Part shown: positions 41,638 to 51,985 of the stretch, piece after piece
Layout of the letters: each line of letters opens with the position of its first letter
How positions within the stretch are numbered: the first letter of the stretch is position 1
NCBI GenBank assembly: GCA_965217035.1
Contig: OZ244226.1
Coordinates: 1,780,146 to 1,844,145 of the forward strand
DNA from: Bacteriovoracaceae bacterium
GTDB taxonomy: Bacteria; Bdellovibrionota; Bacteriovoracia; Bacteriovoracales; Bacteriovoracaceae
Direction: 5' to 3'
DNA length: 64,000 nt
The notes under the pieces: model-generated
What the model saw: only the letters and a program-made list of their open reading frames with translations
Told to the model about the DNA's origin: nothing
Database searches by the model: none
Program-made: the position numbers and the translations under genes

Positions 41638-43537
41638 TCTCTTATCACTTCTTTTCTGTTTTATTTTTAGTTGTGCGGGTATCAAGCCTCTCGCTAAAGA
41701 AAAACAGTTTTCGGAAAACTTTAAAAAACAAATTGTTCTCGTGAAAAAAGAAATGATTGTCAAAAACTATGTGAAAGCAAGGCAAATTCTCCTTGGTATT
41801 AAAAGAGACAATCTTAAACCAATTGAACGATCTGAAAAATATAATGTCCTTGGTCTGATTGAGTTTGGAGAAGGTCAATTTTCGAGAGCAAAGAAACATT
41901 TTGTGAGGGCCCTTAGTTTTGACTTCAATCAACCAGAGCTTATTAATCAGATTGTGTTAAATATTGCTAGTGCAGAATATAAGCTAGGAAACTATAAGGA
42001 AGCCTTTGATCGTCTCGATTCTATTGAGGTGGATTCTCTCGTTCAAAGAGATCGAAAGAAAAGATATATTCTCGCTTATATTATGGCGAAAAAACTTAAA
42101 AAAGAAGATGATGAGTTTTTTTCTTTAGTCGGACTTCTTTCTTCAATTGAAACGAAGAGAGATCTCGTTGGGAATCGTTATTATAAAATACTTTCTTATA
42201 AGTTTTCTCAAATTGATGAGAAGAAAAAATTAAGACTTCTTTCTCAATTTCGAAAGAAAAACCCATCAACCGTTGTTGCTCATCTTGCCTATAATCTCTC
42301 CATGAATTTTTATAAGGTGGGAAAAGAGGAGCAGGCGAAGAAAGTTAAAGAATGGATTCTTGATAATTTTCCTAGTTACCAGGCAAATTTTAGTGATGTT
42401 AGAAAAGCAGATATCGAGGTTTTTCAAGAGATTGATGTTAAGAAAATCGGAGTTATCCTGCCTCTATCAGGAAAGAAAAGAACTTTTGGGTTAAGAGCGC
42501 TCGACGGTATTACATTGGCCCTTAAGAAGTTAGGCGATCCCTTTAAGCTTATAGTAAGAGATTCTAAAAACTCAGTTAATGCAGCAGCAACTTATGCTCG
42601 AAATCTTATTGTAGAAGAAAAGGTCGCTATGATTATTGGTGGGCTTTTTTCTCAGACTGCTCAAAGAGAGTATGAAACAGCTCAGAAATTAGGCGGGATT
42701 TATATTTCTCTTTCTCCTATCTATCTTGAATCTGACAGGAAAGACTCTTTGCTTGTTGAGTTGCCTGGATCGATTGAGTCTCAAGTAAATGCGGCTCTTT
42801 CGGAGAGTGTTGCTCAAAAGTTAGGAAAGCGAGTTGCTATCTTTTATCCTGATAATAATATCGGAAGTGCTTATTTGAATGAATTTTGGAAGCTTTCTGA
42901 TGAAAGACAGTTCGAGGTTGTAACGGCTGGGAGCTATCCTGCAAATCAAACTGATTTTCGAGATTCTATTAGTAATATGGTTGGGTTGAAATATCAAAGA
43001 GAACGACAGGAAGAATATGATCTTTGGGAGAGTATTTATAAAGCAAAATATAAAAACACTAAACGTATCCAAATCTTAAAGCCGGTCGTTGAGTTTGATT
43101 GGATCTTTGTGCCTAGCTTTCCTCAGCAAGCCATTCAAATTATTCCTTCCTTTCGTTATGTTGGAGTGAAAAAAGTTCCCTTTATGGGAGGGCCAAGTTG
43201 GCGTAGCCGGTCATTGATTGCTCGACAAGGAAAACTTGGAAAGATCTTTTATATTGGTGATTTGATCGAAGAAAAAAAAGAAAGTTTTCGAAAGGTTTAC
43301 GCAGCAGAATACAAAAGTCAGCCTAAACTCTTAGAGACAATGGGCTATGATTCTGTTTATTTGGCCAATGAAATTCTTCAAAACAAGGATTGGTCAGACC
43401 GTGAAAGCTTGAATCGAGAGTTCTCAGAAAGAAAAACTGTTAACAGTTATCTTTCCCAATGGAGTCGAATTGGTCAGTCTTGGATTAAGGCAATGAACGT
43501 GAGTAGAATCACGAAAAGAGGGATTAAAAAGTTATAA
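41621..43537 (+). CDS. LpoA/LppC-like penicillin-binding-protein activator lipoprotein (TPR plus periplasmic-binding fold)
   Basis: Lipobox FIFSC, TPR-like N-terminal half, KIGVILPLSG, MIIGGLFS, GYDS. Confidence 0.75.
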   Translation: MQLRNSLLSLLFCFIFSCAGIKPLAKEKQFSENFKKQIVLVKKEMIVKNYVKARQILLGIKRDNLKPIERSEKYNVLGLIEFGEGQFSRAKKHFVRALSFDFNQPELINQIVLNIASAEYKLGNYKEAFDRLDSIEVDSLVQRDRKKRYILAYIMAKKLKKEDDEFFSLVGLLSSIETKRDLVGNRYYKILSYKFSQIDEKKKLRLLSQFRKKNPSTVVAHLAYNLSMNFYKVGKEEQAKKVKEWILDNFPSYQANFSDVRKADIEVFQEIDVKKIGVILPLSGKKRTFGLRALDGITLALKKLGDPFKLIVRDSKNSVNAAATYARNLIVEEKVAMIIGGLFSQTAQREYETAQKLGGIYISLSPIYLESDRKDSLLVELPGSIESQVNAALSESVAQKLGKRVAIFYPDNNIGSAYLNEFWKLSDERQFEVVTAGSYPANQTDFRDSISNMVGLKYQRERQEEYDLWESIYKAKYKNTKRIQILKPVVEFDWIFVPSFPQQAIQIIPSFRYVGVKKVPFMGGPSWRSRSLIARQGKLGKIFYIGDLIEEKKESFRKVYAAEYKSQPKLLETMGYDSVYLANEILQNKDWSDRESLNREFSERKTVNSYLSQWSRIGQSWIKAMNVSRITKRGIKKL

Positions 43538-43636
43538 TTACTTCTTAGTCATTTTAGCTTTAAGCTTTGCTTTTTTCTTAGCTTGAGCTTTTCTTTGTTT
43601 CATTTTCTTCTCTAGTTTTTTTCTTCCAGCACCCAT
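43538..43636 (-). CDS. 32-aa Lys-rich small protein (absent from the ORF track)
   Basis: AAAGGAGA SD, then MGAGRKKLEKKMKQRKAQAKKKAKLKAKMTKK*. Fills the intergenic gap and its stop abuts the lpoA-like stop. Confidence 0.7.
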   Translation of the reverse strand: MGAGRKKLEKKMKQRKAQAKKKAKLKAKMTKK

Positions 43637-43766
43637 AAGGATCTCCTTTAAATTTTAATATTGGGAAGATAATGCAAGAAGCCAAGAAAGACAAGGGCTT
43701 GAGTGAAAAACTTGTCTATAGCAATGCATAAATGTACCATGACTACTAAATACAAAGTACTACGGA

Positions 43767-44885
43767 GTGGTAGAAAGGCGATTTATGGTCAAGAAGACTA
43801 CAAAAAAATCAACAGGCCGCAAAAAAATTTCGAAGAAAAAAACTTCGAAGAAAAAGCCTCAATTAAAGAAAGCACATAAGAAAGGTAAAAATCGTTCTAT
43901 CGACCTCGAAAAGGTGAAGCATCCCTTTTTGATGGAGGAATTGAATAAGGAAGAAGCTAAGCGAACGGCTGAAGCCCATAAGCTTACTTCTACTGCTAAG
44001 AATCTATTAGGAAAAATCGAAAATCGGAAAAAAGATCAAGGAATCATAAAAAGTAAAAAGTTTATGACCTTTCAAAAAGCGATTCGATCAAAGAGAGTTT
44101 ACTCAAACTCTGAAAAAAGAAAAGTCGCGATTGATATGCTCGAAAGATATACCGGGCATAATATTGAAGATTTTCAACCTCAGATTATTCTTACAAACTT
44201 TCATTATTACACAGAGCGATTTAATGCTCTTTTAGATGATCATGTTTATACCAAAGGCTCTGCTTTTCAAGCTTCGAGTTCGCCTAAGGCTGGTGTCACT
44301 ATCGTTGAATTTGGTATTGGATCTGCCATGGCTGCGTTAGTTATGGAGCTTGTTGCAGTTGTTGAACCAAAGGCTGTACTTTTTCTTGGAATGTGTGGAG
44401 CTGTTCATAAGTCTCTTAATGTTGGAGACTTTATTTTGCCAATCGGATCTATTAGAGCAGAGAGTGTTTCTCAGCACTTTATGCCTCCGCAAGTTCCTGC
44501 GCTTCCAACGTTTAAAGTTCAAAAATTTGCTTCACAAATACTAGTAGAAAATAATCTTGATTATAGAACTGGAGTTGTCCATTCAACAGATCTTCGTTTT
44601 TGGGAGTTTGATGATGACTTTAAAAACCGCTTGTATCAAGAGCGAGTTATTGCAGTTGAAATGGAAACGGCTGCTCTCTTTGTTACTGGGTTTGCTAGTA
44701 AAGTGAGTATTGGGGCGCTCTTGCTTGTTTCGGATTGTCCTTTGAAAAGAAACGGAATCAAAACTAAAAAATCAGCCTCCGGTGTTTTTAAAAAATATAC
44801 GGACAGGCATATTGAATTAGGAATTGAAATTATGGCTGAAATTTCGGCTAAAGGTGATTCTATTCGACATTATCATTGGGATTAA
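43767..44885 (+). CDS. amn: AMP nucleosidase with long basic N-terminal extension
   Basis: LERYTG, ILTNF, LFLGMCG, VEMETAALF, LLVSD.PL. Confidence 0.88.
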   Translation: MVERRFMVKKTTKKSTGRKKISKKKTSKKKPQLKKAHKKGKNRSIDLEKVKHPFLMEELNKEEAKRTAEAHKLTSTAKNLLGKIENRKKDQGIIKSKKFMTFQKAIRSKRVYSNSEKRKVAIDMLERYTGHNIEDFQPQIILTNFHYYTERFNALLDDHVYTKGSAFQASSSPKAGVTIVEFGIGSAMAALVMELVAVVEPKAVLFLGMCGAVHKSLNVGDFILPIGSIRAESVSQHFMPPQVPALPTFKVQKFASQILVENNLDYRTGVVHSTDLRFWEFDDDFKNRLYQERVIAVEMETAALFVTGFASKVSIGALLLVSDCPLKRNGIKTKKSASGVFKKYTDRHIELGIEIMAEISAKGDSIRHYHWD

Positions 44886-44904
44886 TTTTAGGAGTTAGAA
44901 ATAT

Positions 44905-45948
44905 ATGAATTTACTTAGAGGTATTTTTGATTGGTTTGCCAACGATTTAGCAATCGACTTGGGAACAGCAAATTGCTTAGTTTATGCGAAGGAAAGAGGC
45001 ATTATTGTTAATGAACCTTCTGTTGTCGCTGTCCATCAAGGGTTTAGAGGTGTCCAGAAAGTTCTTGCCGTTGGAAAGGAAGCTAAGGAGATGCTTGGTC
45101 GTACTCCTGGTAGTATTCGAGCAATTCGCCCAATGAAAGATGGAGTTATTGCTGACTTCGAAGTAACTCAAGCAATGCTTCGATATTTTATTAAAAAATC
45201 AATGAATGGTTCGAAGTTCGTTAAACCTCGAATTATTATTTGTATCCCATTTGGAATTACCCAAGTTGAGAGAAGAGCTGTGAAAGAGTCTGCTGAGCAG
45301 GCAGGAGCTCGTGAAGTTTATCTTATCGAAGAGCCAATGGCAGCTGCGATTGGAGCCGGACTCCCAATTACAGATCCAAGTGGGAATATGATTGTTGATA
45401 TAGGAGGAGGAACGACAGAAGTTGCTGTTATCTCCTTGGGAGGAATCGTTTATTCTAAATCTGTTCGAGTAGCTGGAGATAAATTCGACGAAGCCATCAT
45501 CACCTATATTAAGAAAAAATATTCTTTGTTGATCGGAGAGCGAACAGCTGAGCAGATTAAAATTAATCTTGGGAATGCATACCCATTAGAAGATGACAGA
45601 ATTACCAATGAAGTAAAGGGGCGTGACCTTATAGGCGGAGCTCCAAAAACAATTGAAATTACTGCAGAAGAAGTGAGAGAAGCACTTGCTGATCCAATTG
45701 CAGAGGTTGTTGAAGCTATCAAAGTCTCTCTTGAAAAGACCCCTCCTGAGTTAGCCGCTGATATTGTTGATAATGGAATTATTCTTGCGGGTGGGGGCTC
45801 ACTTTTAAAAAACCTTGATGTTCTTATTAAAGAAAAAACGGGTCTTCCTGTTGCTTTAGCCGAGGATCCGCTTACATGTGTCGTTAGAGGGTGTGGAAAG
45901 GTTCTCGATAATATTGACCTCTTAAAACAGGTCGCGAGCAATTCTTAA
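44905..45948 (+). CDS. mreB: Rod shape-determining protein MreB
   Basis: [26 protein letters not shown]. Confidence 0.98.
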   Translation: MNLLRGIFDWFANDLAIDLGTANCLVYAKERGIIVNEPSVVAVHQGFRGVQKVLAVGKEAKEMLGRTPGSIRAIRPMKDGVIADFEVTQAMLRYFIKKSMNGSKFVKPRIIICIPFGITQVERRAVKESAEQAGAREVYLIEEPMAAAIGAGLPITDPSGNMIVDIGGGTTEVAVISLGGIVYSKSVRVAGDKFDEAIITYIKKKYSLLIGERTAEQIKINLGNAYPLEDDRITNEVKGRDLIGGAPKTIEITAEEVREALADPIAEVVEAIKVSLEKTPPELAADIVDNGIILAGGGSLLKNLDVLIKEKTGLPVALAEDPLTCVVRGCGKVLDNIDLLKQVASNS

Positions 45949-45951
45949 ATT

Positions 45952-46764
45952 ATGAGTGTTCACTTTTCTAAATTAAATAAAGAAGAGATTGAGCGAAAAA
46001 TTATCGCTTTTAAAAATAGCTCTACCTATATGACTCTTTGGAAAAAAGGTGATTCTCAACGAGGAATCTTTAAAGCGGTTGATGTGAAGTTTGAGCCTCT
46101 ATCTCTTGTTATTAAGGGAGGAGAAGAGCTTTTAGAAAATGGTACTTTCCTTGCTCATTTTTCTCTGAATAGTCTTTCATTCTTTTTTAAGTCGACGCTT
46201 ACGAAGTCTGGAAGCAAGTATGTTTTAACAGGGATTCATGATTTCTTTAAGGCAGAAAGGAGAACGAGTTTTCGACTTTTAACCTATCCTCATAAAAAAG
46301 TTTTTTTAAAGTTTAGTCTTGAGAATCTTCCTGAAAAGAAAAGTGATAATCTTGTTTCTATTAATACGGGAACATCTGAAACAGGGCTTTTTATTAATTT
46401 CTTAGATCTTTTAAATGAGTCAACAGAAGAGCCTCAGTCTTTAGCCGACTTAAAACTTCGAGTTCAAGATTTATCAACGACAGGGCTATGTTTTGAAGTG
46501 GGCGCGTTGGAGAAAGCTTATCTCGAGAAAAATAAAATCATAAAAGATGTCGAGTTGAACTTTGAAGAAATCACTTTAAATATCCCAAAGTTGAAAGTTG
46601 TTTATATCAAAGAACATAAAAACTTTTTATCTGAAATAAAGGTTTATAGAGTTGGTGTTGAGTTCCACGATCTTGAAGGTGAAACAGAAAGAATTTTAAG
46701 TAAAAAAATTAATGATTATATTTACAAGCTTGAGAAGAAGTTTGAAGACGTTATTGATTCTTAG
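45952..46764 (+). CDS. PilZ-domain (c-di-GMP-binding) protein
   Basis: RRTSFR (RxxxR) and DLSTTG (DxSxxG), GVEF. Confidence 0.8.
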   Translation: MSVHFSKLNKEEIERKIIAFKNSSTYMTLWKKGDSQRGIFKAVDVKFEPLSLVIKGGEELLENGTFLAHFSLNSLSFFFKSTLTKSGSKYVLTGIHDFFKAERRTSFRLLTYPHKKVFLKFSLENLPEKKSDNLVSINTGTSETGLFINFLDLLNESTEEPQSLADLKLRVQDLSTTGLCFEVGALEKAYLEKNKIIKDVELNFEEITLNIPKLKVVYIKEHKNFLSEIKVYRVGVEFHDLEGETERILSKKINDYIYKLEKKFEDVIDS

Positions 46765-47512
46765 TATTTTTTTCTTGTTGATATTAAGTTGCTCTCAAAC
46801 AAAGAGAGGTCTTTCTGTCAGAGAAAAGCCTGAAAATTTCCCAAAAACCACAAATTCAAAAAATATCTATGGCAATCATGAATTTCAACTTCAAGATCTT
46901 TCTGGACTTTATCGACTCTCTCGAAATATTTATAAAAAAAGTGGAAAAATATACTTTGAGAGTAAGCTTTTAAACCCTAATAAAACGAGAGAAGCTCTCG
47001 AAAAATCACAGATCATTCTTAAAAAGTATAATAAAAATGGGAAAAACATTTTAGTTCCGGTTATTTCTCAATTTACAACTTGGATCGATAAGAAAAAGTA
47101 TTTCTCTCAAATCAAAATCAATACTTCAAAAAAAGTATTTGAAATCTACACAGAGCCAGAAAATGTGAAAGCAGAGGTTGGCTTTGTGAATTCAAACTGG
47201 ATTTGTCCCTTTTCTCTTTTACCAGAGTGTCTCGGTTTGTCAGGTTATGTCTCTGCGGGAGCTCAAGGGAAGTGGAGACAAAAGTCGATATGGGTTATGT
47301 GGGACAATCATCCATATCAACAAAAGTTCTATGAAAATGTGAGCCCTTCCATGTTTACTCGTGCTCGGCTGATATTTGAAGGAACAAAAAACGGATATTA
47401 TCAAATATCTGTCGAAATTTCAGGACAGAGTATCTCTCTTTTATTTACTCCAGGGTATCAGTTTGAAAAAATGATTTGGGTTGCCCAAGGTTTATCCCTG
47501 ACCGTACAATAG
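46742..47512 (+). CDS. Hypothetical lipoprotein
   Basis: Likely TTG start at 46742, lipobox LILSC. Confidence 0.6.
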   Translation: MKTLLILSIFFLLILSCSQTKRGLSVREKPENFPKTTNSKNIYGNHEFQLQDLSGLYRLSRNIYKKSGKIYFESKLLNPNKTREALEKSQIILKKYNKNGKNILVPVISQFTTWIDKKKYFSQIKINTSKKVFEIYTEPENVKAEVGFVNSNWICPFSLLPECLGLSGYVSAGAQGKWRQKSIWVMWDNHPYQQKFYENVSPSMFTRARLIFEGTKNGYYQISVEISGQSISLLFTPGYQFEKMIWVAQGLSLTVQ

Positions 47513-47567
47513 AATAAGAATACAATGGTTCTATTTCCACAAGAGGTATGTAGGCGAGGAAATTATC

Positions 47568-48629
47568 ATGAAAGTTGGTCCATTATTCATTACTGGTATA
47601 TCAGGCAAAAGTCTCAATGATTTTGAAAGAAATCTACTTCAAAATGAAGAAATTGGAGGGGTTGTTCTCTTTGCCTATAATTTTGAAAGCCCTGCTCAAT
47701 TAGCCGAATTAGTTAATGATATTCAAACATGTAGAGAGGAGTACCCTCTTTTTATTTGTGTTGATCAAGAGGGCGGGAGAGTCATTCGGTTTAAAACTCA
47801 TTTCAGTCAGTTTCCTGCTATGATGGATGTTGCAAAACTTGATTCTCCAAAAACAATCTATGACATTCACCGAGTTATGGCGATGGAGCTTAATGCATGT
47901 GGGATTAATCTTAATTTTGCACCTGTTTGCGATATCGTGACAAACGAGAATAATAAAGTCATTGGAGATCGAGCTTTTGGAACAGATGGAAGAGAGGTTG
48001 AAAAATTTATAAGTGCAGCTGTACGAGGTTTGCAATCACAAAATGTTCTTGCTTGCGCTAAACATTTTCCTGGTCATGGCTCAACAACAAAGGACTCGCA
48101 TTTTGATCTTCCTTATGTAAAAACAAAGCTTGAAGATTTAAGAAAAAATGAATTCATTCCATTTTATAAAGCATCTCGCTCGAGAGTTGAATGTATCATG
48201 ATGGCCCATATTGTTCTTGATGACTTAGACTCAGAACTTCCATGCACTCTCAGTAAAAGAGCTTATGATTTATTAAGGCAGGAGTTGAAGTATAAAAAAC
48301 TTATTCTTTCAGATGATATGGAAATGAAGGCTATCGAAGATAATTATTCAATAGAGGAATCAACATCATTAGCATTAAAAGCAGGTTGTGATATTCTTGT
48401 ATATCGAACAATTGATAAGTGTGCTCAGGCAATTGAAGCTGTTAAAGAGGCTGTGAAAACTAAGAAAATTGTTAAAAAGATTATGGAAGAAAAGATTAAC
48501 CGAGTAAATCAGTGCAAAAAACAATTTTTATCAGGTTATAAACCTTTGTATGTCCCTGAAATTTCGTCATCATTCTCTACAGAAGAGAGTAATCAACTTT
48601 TAAAAGAATTGAAGAAAAAAATAGGCTAA
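47568..48629 (+). CDS. nagZ: Beta-N-acetylhexosaminidase (GH3)
   Basis: DQEGGRV, KHFPGHG...DSH, SDDMEM. Confidence 0.93.
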   Translation: MKVGPLFITGISGKSLNDFERNLLQNEEIGGVVLFAYNFESPAQLAELVNDIQTCREEYPLFICVDQEGGRVIRFKTHFSQFPAMMDVAKLDSPKTIYDIHRVMAMELNACGINLNFAPVCDIVTNENNKVIGDRAFGTDGREVEKFISAAVRGLQSQNVLACAKHFPGHGSTTKDSHFDLPYVKTKLEDLRKNEFIPFYKASRSRVECIMMAHIVLDDLDSELPCTLSKRAYDLLRQELKYKKLILSDDMEMKAIEDNYSIEESTSLALKAGCDILVYRTIDKCAQAIEAVKEAVKTKKIVKKIMEEKINRVNQCKKQFLSGYKPLYVPEISSSFSTEESNQLLKELKKKIG

Positions 48630-48691
48630 AACTAAGAGTAATTTTTCTTCCGCTTTCCGTAACTATTTGCTTTCTTTGATAAAATAATGTC

Positions 48692-50104
48692 ATGCGAAAA
48701 TATGATAACTTTACTCAAAAACTTTCTATTTTGATCTTTATTATATTCATGCCAATACATGTGCAAGCACAAGTGTGTGGTTCAAGTGATTTTGAATCTA
48801 TTAATTCCACTTGTTTTAATCGTTATGAATCAAAACTTGATGCTTTTGTGATTCCCATTTCAAAATTTAATGATGGAGATGTTTATTTTTATAAAACAAA
48901 CTCAGGTAACACAGGGAAAATGTTTATTCATGCAGTCGAAGCTAAAGGTAATGAGTGTGGTCTGTATTTTGATTTTCAAAACTTTGGAAAAAATGCAAAA
49001 AGTTCTACCGCGAATATTAAAAATTACCTAGGAGTCTGGAGTCAAAAAGTCATTAACCTCGATAATCTTGGGGGAAGTGGAGATTTTGTTCTTAAGCATA
49101 ATCCAGAAGGGAATGAGAGCTTAGCTAATCGTTGTGTTTTAGAAAGCACAGGTGGAGAAATTGTTAAAGCTGGACGTTATGATCCTGCTTATATTGAAAA
49201 ACACTATTTACTTTATATTGTATCGATTCTTCTTATTGGTTTTGCTGTTTTTAATATCTCGAGGGTTATTTTTGAAGAAGAGGACCAGTACAAAACAAGT
49301 GAAACTTTATCAGAACTTAATGATGAAACAAGAGTTAACAAAAGTGATGGTTTAATTCTTATGTATTCAAGACCATTCTTTAAGCGGTATTTTAATCCAA
49401 TTGTTGCTGGAATGAAGGGTAAAAAGAAACTTCAAGATCGTTACAAAAGAGTTATTGCTGCATCTGGCATGGCCCAAGTCCTTTCTGCTATTGATTTATT
49501 CTCATTCAAGCTTTTTTTGATTATTGGTTTTCCGGTCGTTTTTCTTGGTTTGAGAGCATTTTTAGAAGCAGACTGGTCGCTAAGTTTTGTTCCTATGATG
49601 GCTGTTCTTGGATTTATTTATCCTGATATTTGGATTAAGTCGAAAGCAGATGGAAGAAAGAAGGAAATTGTTACAGAGCTTCCTTTTGCTGTGGATATGT
49701 TAGCTCTTTCTGTTGAAGCGGGGCTCGATTTTGTTGCTGCAATGACAAAGGTTCTTCAAAGTGCTCCAAAGTCGGCCTTGACCGATGAATTTGAAACTGT
49801 CATTAAAGAAATACAACTTGGTTCTACAAGAGCACAAGCATTAAAGCAATTAGCATGGAGAGTTGATGACCTTCCTGTAACATCTTTTTGTGCAACTCTA
49901 ATTGCAGCAGATTCTGTAGGTGCTTCGATTGGTCCAATTCTAAAAAATTTATCGGCAGAAATAAGACAAAAACGTTCTTCAATTATCGAAAAGAAAGGAG
50001 CTGCCGCTGCCTCCAAAATGTTAATTCCAATGATTGTTTTCATCCTACCTGCCGTAATATTAATAATTTTTGCTCCAATGGCAATGCAGTTTTTAGGAAG
50101 TTAA
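48692..50104 (+). CDS. tadC: TadC/type II secretion F-family platform protein with extra N-terminal exported domain
   Basis: LPFAVDMLALSVEAGLDF, ADSVGASI, KMLIPMIVFILP in the C-terminal part. Signal peptide plus ~145-aa Cys-containing domain at the N-terminus. Confidence 0.85.
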   Translation: MRKYDNFTQKLSILIFIIFMPIHVQAQVCGSSDFESINSTCFNRYESKLDAFVIPISKFNDGDVYFYKTNSGNTGKMFIHAVEAKGNECGLYFDFQNFGKNAKSSTANIKNYLGVWSQKVINLDNLGGSGDFVLKHNPEGNESLANRCVLESTGGEIVKAGRYDPAYIEKHYLLYIVSILLIGFAVFNISRVIFEEEDQYKTSETLSELNDETRVNKSDGLILMYSRPFFKRYFNPIVAGMKGKKKLQDRYKRVIAASGMAQVLSAIDLFSFKLFLIIGFPVVFLGLRAFLEADWSLSFVPMMAVLGFIYPDIWIKSKADGRKKEIVTELPFAVDMLALSVEAGLDFVAAMTKVLQSAPKSALTDEFETVIKEIQLGSTRAQALKQLAWRVDDLPVTSFCATLIAADSVGASIGPILKNLSAEIRQKRSSIIEKKGAAAASKMLIPMIVFILPAVILIIFAPMAMQFLGS

Positions 50105-50445
50105 TGCGAGAGATGAACTGTACTATGAATAATTTAAAACTTGACGTAAAGATCTACGAAGCAGGTTTCTTTGAAAGAATTTCAGGTCTTATGTTTAAGA
50201 AAGGATTTAATTACGGCTTATTAATTAATAAAACGAATAGTGTCCATACATGTTTTATGAGAGAGAAAATGGATGCGATCTTTCTCTCTGGTCATAATAA
50301 AGTTGTAAAGGTTTATAAAAATATGAAACCTTGGAGAATAACATTTCCAGTTTTCAAAGCTAAAAAAGTTTTAGAATTACCAGCAGGACTTTCTGATAAA
50401 TTTCTAATAGAGCCTGGTACGAAATTGGAGTTTACATATGTTTAA
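50104..50445 (+). CDS. DUF192-family protein
   Basis: FERISGLM, SVHTCFM, MKPWR, VLELPAG. ATG coupled to the tadC stop (alternative start 50125). Confidence 0.85.
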   Translation: MREMNCTMNNLKLDVKIYEAGFFERISGLMFKKGFNYGLLINKTNSVHTCFMREKMDAIFLSGHNKVVKVYKNMKPWRITFPVFKAKKVLELPAGLSDKFLIEPGTKLEFTYV

Positions 50446-51985
50446 ACTCGTGGGAATTGGAGGAAGAATTCGTGGTCAAGAGTTTGATCTTAGTAGTGGG
50501 GACAATATATTTGGTCGGGCAGTTGATGGAAATAATCAGGTAGACTTTGAGGGTATTTCTAAAAGTCATTTTGTCATTAAAAGTGATAATGAGAACTTGA
50601 TTCTTGAGGATTTAAAAAGTTCGAATGGAACATTTGTAAATAATGAACTTGTCACTGTTAAAAATCTTGAAATGGGCGATGTTGTTGCTATTCCTAATGC
50701 TATTTTTAGAGTTGTAAGAATTAATAAAAAAGTCGTTAAGCTTTATGATAAAAACCTTGCAGAAGACCTTTCAGAGGATGCTTCAGATGCGGCTCCTCAA
50801 GATCTTATTGGAAAAGTTAAATATAAATTTGCAAAGAAATTAATGGCACCTGTTTATTCTCTAAATAAGAGTTATGAATGGTCATCTTTGATTTTCATGG
50901 TTTTTTTCATTTTTATTATTGTAAATATCCTCCTTATTATGGAATCAACATTACAAGCTTCTAACAAAGCAATTTTAAATGAAGCACTTTTGAGAGGCGA
51001 GCAATACATTGATGAAGTTATTCGAAGAAATGCAGCCAATATGGCAAATAAAGAATATCAACAAATGGACGTTTCTTTTCTCGAAAGAGTTAACGGAGTC
51101 GTCGATTATTCTGTTTTTGATACGAAAGGAAGAATCCTGAGGCCTATTGAAAGAGAAAACATAGGTATTAATGATCCATTCTCTGTTCGAGCGAAAGAAT
51201 TTTTAGATCAAAGAGGAACTAGTCAGGAAAGATATCGAAGAAAAATTACAGATAGTCGTATTGGTATAGCCAAGGTCATTAAAATTTATAATCCAGAAAG
51301 ACAGCGAGAAGAAGTTGTAGGCTATGTTTCTCTTGTCTTCGAACCTAGTTCTTTAAGAGAAATGGTGACTCAAAATAGAGTTGCTTATCTTGAAGCTCTT
51401 ATCATTTCTACAATCATCGGGATGTTCTTTTGTGGAATTATTTACTATTTAACAAGAAATATCTTTATTGATCTTATCGAAAAAATTGATGCAGCTCAGT
51501 CGAATAAAATAAAAGAAGTGAAATCTGATTTCTTAATGGAGGAAGTGAAACCTCTTCGTTCAATAACGAATGATTTGATTTTTAAAATAAGAGAGCTTAG
51601 TGATGACGATTCTCATGATTTTGATGAAGTAGAGGATGATTCTCGTTATCTGAACTCTTTAAGTGAAATTTTAAAAGGTTATCCTGGAGCAGGAGTTGTT
51701 CTTAATGCTGAAAAAACAATTATTTCATTGAATCAAGAAGGAGAGGATGTTCTTGGAATTCGAGAAAATATGTCAGAGGGATCCGCGGTTGAAGAGGTTT
51801 TAAGAGATCAAGGGCTTGCAGCGACAATTATTTCATTATGTGATCAATCAGCAGAAGAAGATGGTAGGCATTGTTCAGAACCATATGAGATTAGTGGTGC
51901 TGAATATCAGATAAATGTAGTGACTTCTATAGGAAAAGATAGTTTTGCAAAAGGTTACTTAATTAGCTTTGTGAGGGATTATTAA
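50438..51985 (+). CDS. FHA-domain inner-membrane protein (FHA, TM, periplasmic domain, TM, PAS-like)
   Basis: FGR...ISKSH...SSNGTFVN plus two hydrophobic segments. Confidence 0.85.
   Translation: MFKLVGIGGRIRGQEFDLSSGDNIFGRAVDGNNQVDFEGISKSHFVIKSDNENLILEDLKSSNGTFVNNELVTVKNLEMGDVVAIPNAIFRVVRINKKVVKLYDKNLAEDLSEDASDAAPQDLIGKVKYKFAKKLMAPVYSLNKSYEWSSLIFMVFFIFIIVNILLIMESTLQASNKAILNEALLRGEQYIDEVIRRNAANMANKEYQQMDVSFLERVNGVVDYSVFDTKGRILRPIERENIGINDPFSVRAKEFLDQRGTSQERYRRKITDSRIGIAKVIKIYNPERQREEVVGYVSLVFEPSSLREMVTQNRVAYLEALIISTIIGMFFCGIIYYLTRNIFIDLIEKIDAAQSNKIKEVKSDFLMEEVKPLRSITNDLIFKIRELSDDDSHDFDEVEDDSRYLNSLSEILKGYPGAGVVLNAEKTIISLNQEGEDVLGIRENMSEGSAVEEVLRDQGLAATIISLCDQSAEEDGRHCSEPYEISGAEYQINVVTSIGKDSFAKGYLISFVRDY

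Noticed and set aside
49888..50103. Long N-terminal extension of the DUF192 ORF in the track
   Set aside because: It overlaps tadC coding sequence. The coupled ATG at 50104 or ATG 50125 is more plausible.
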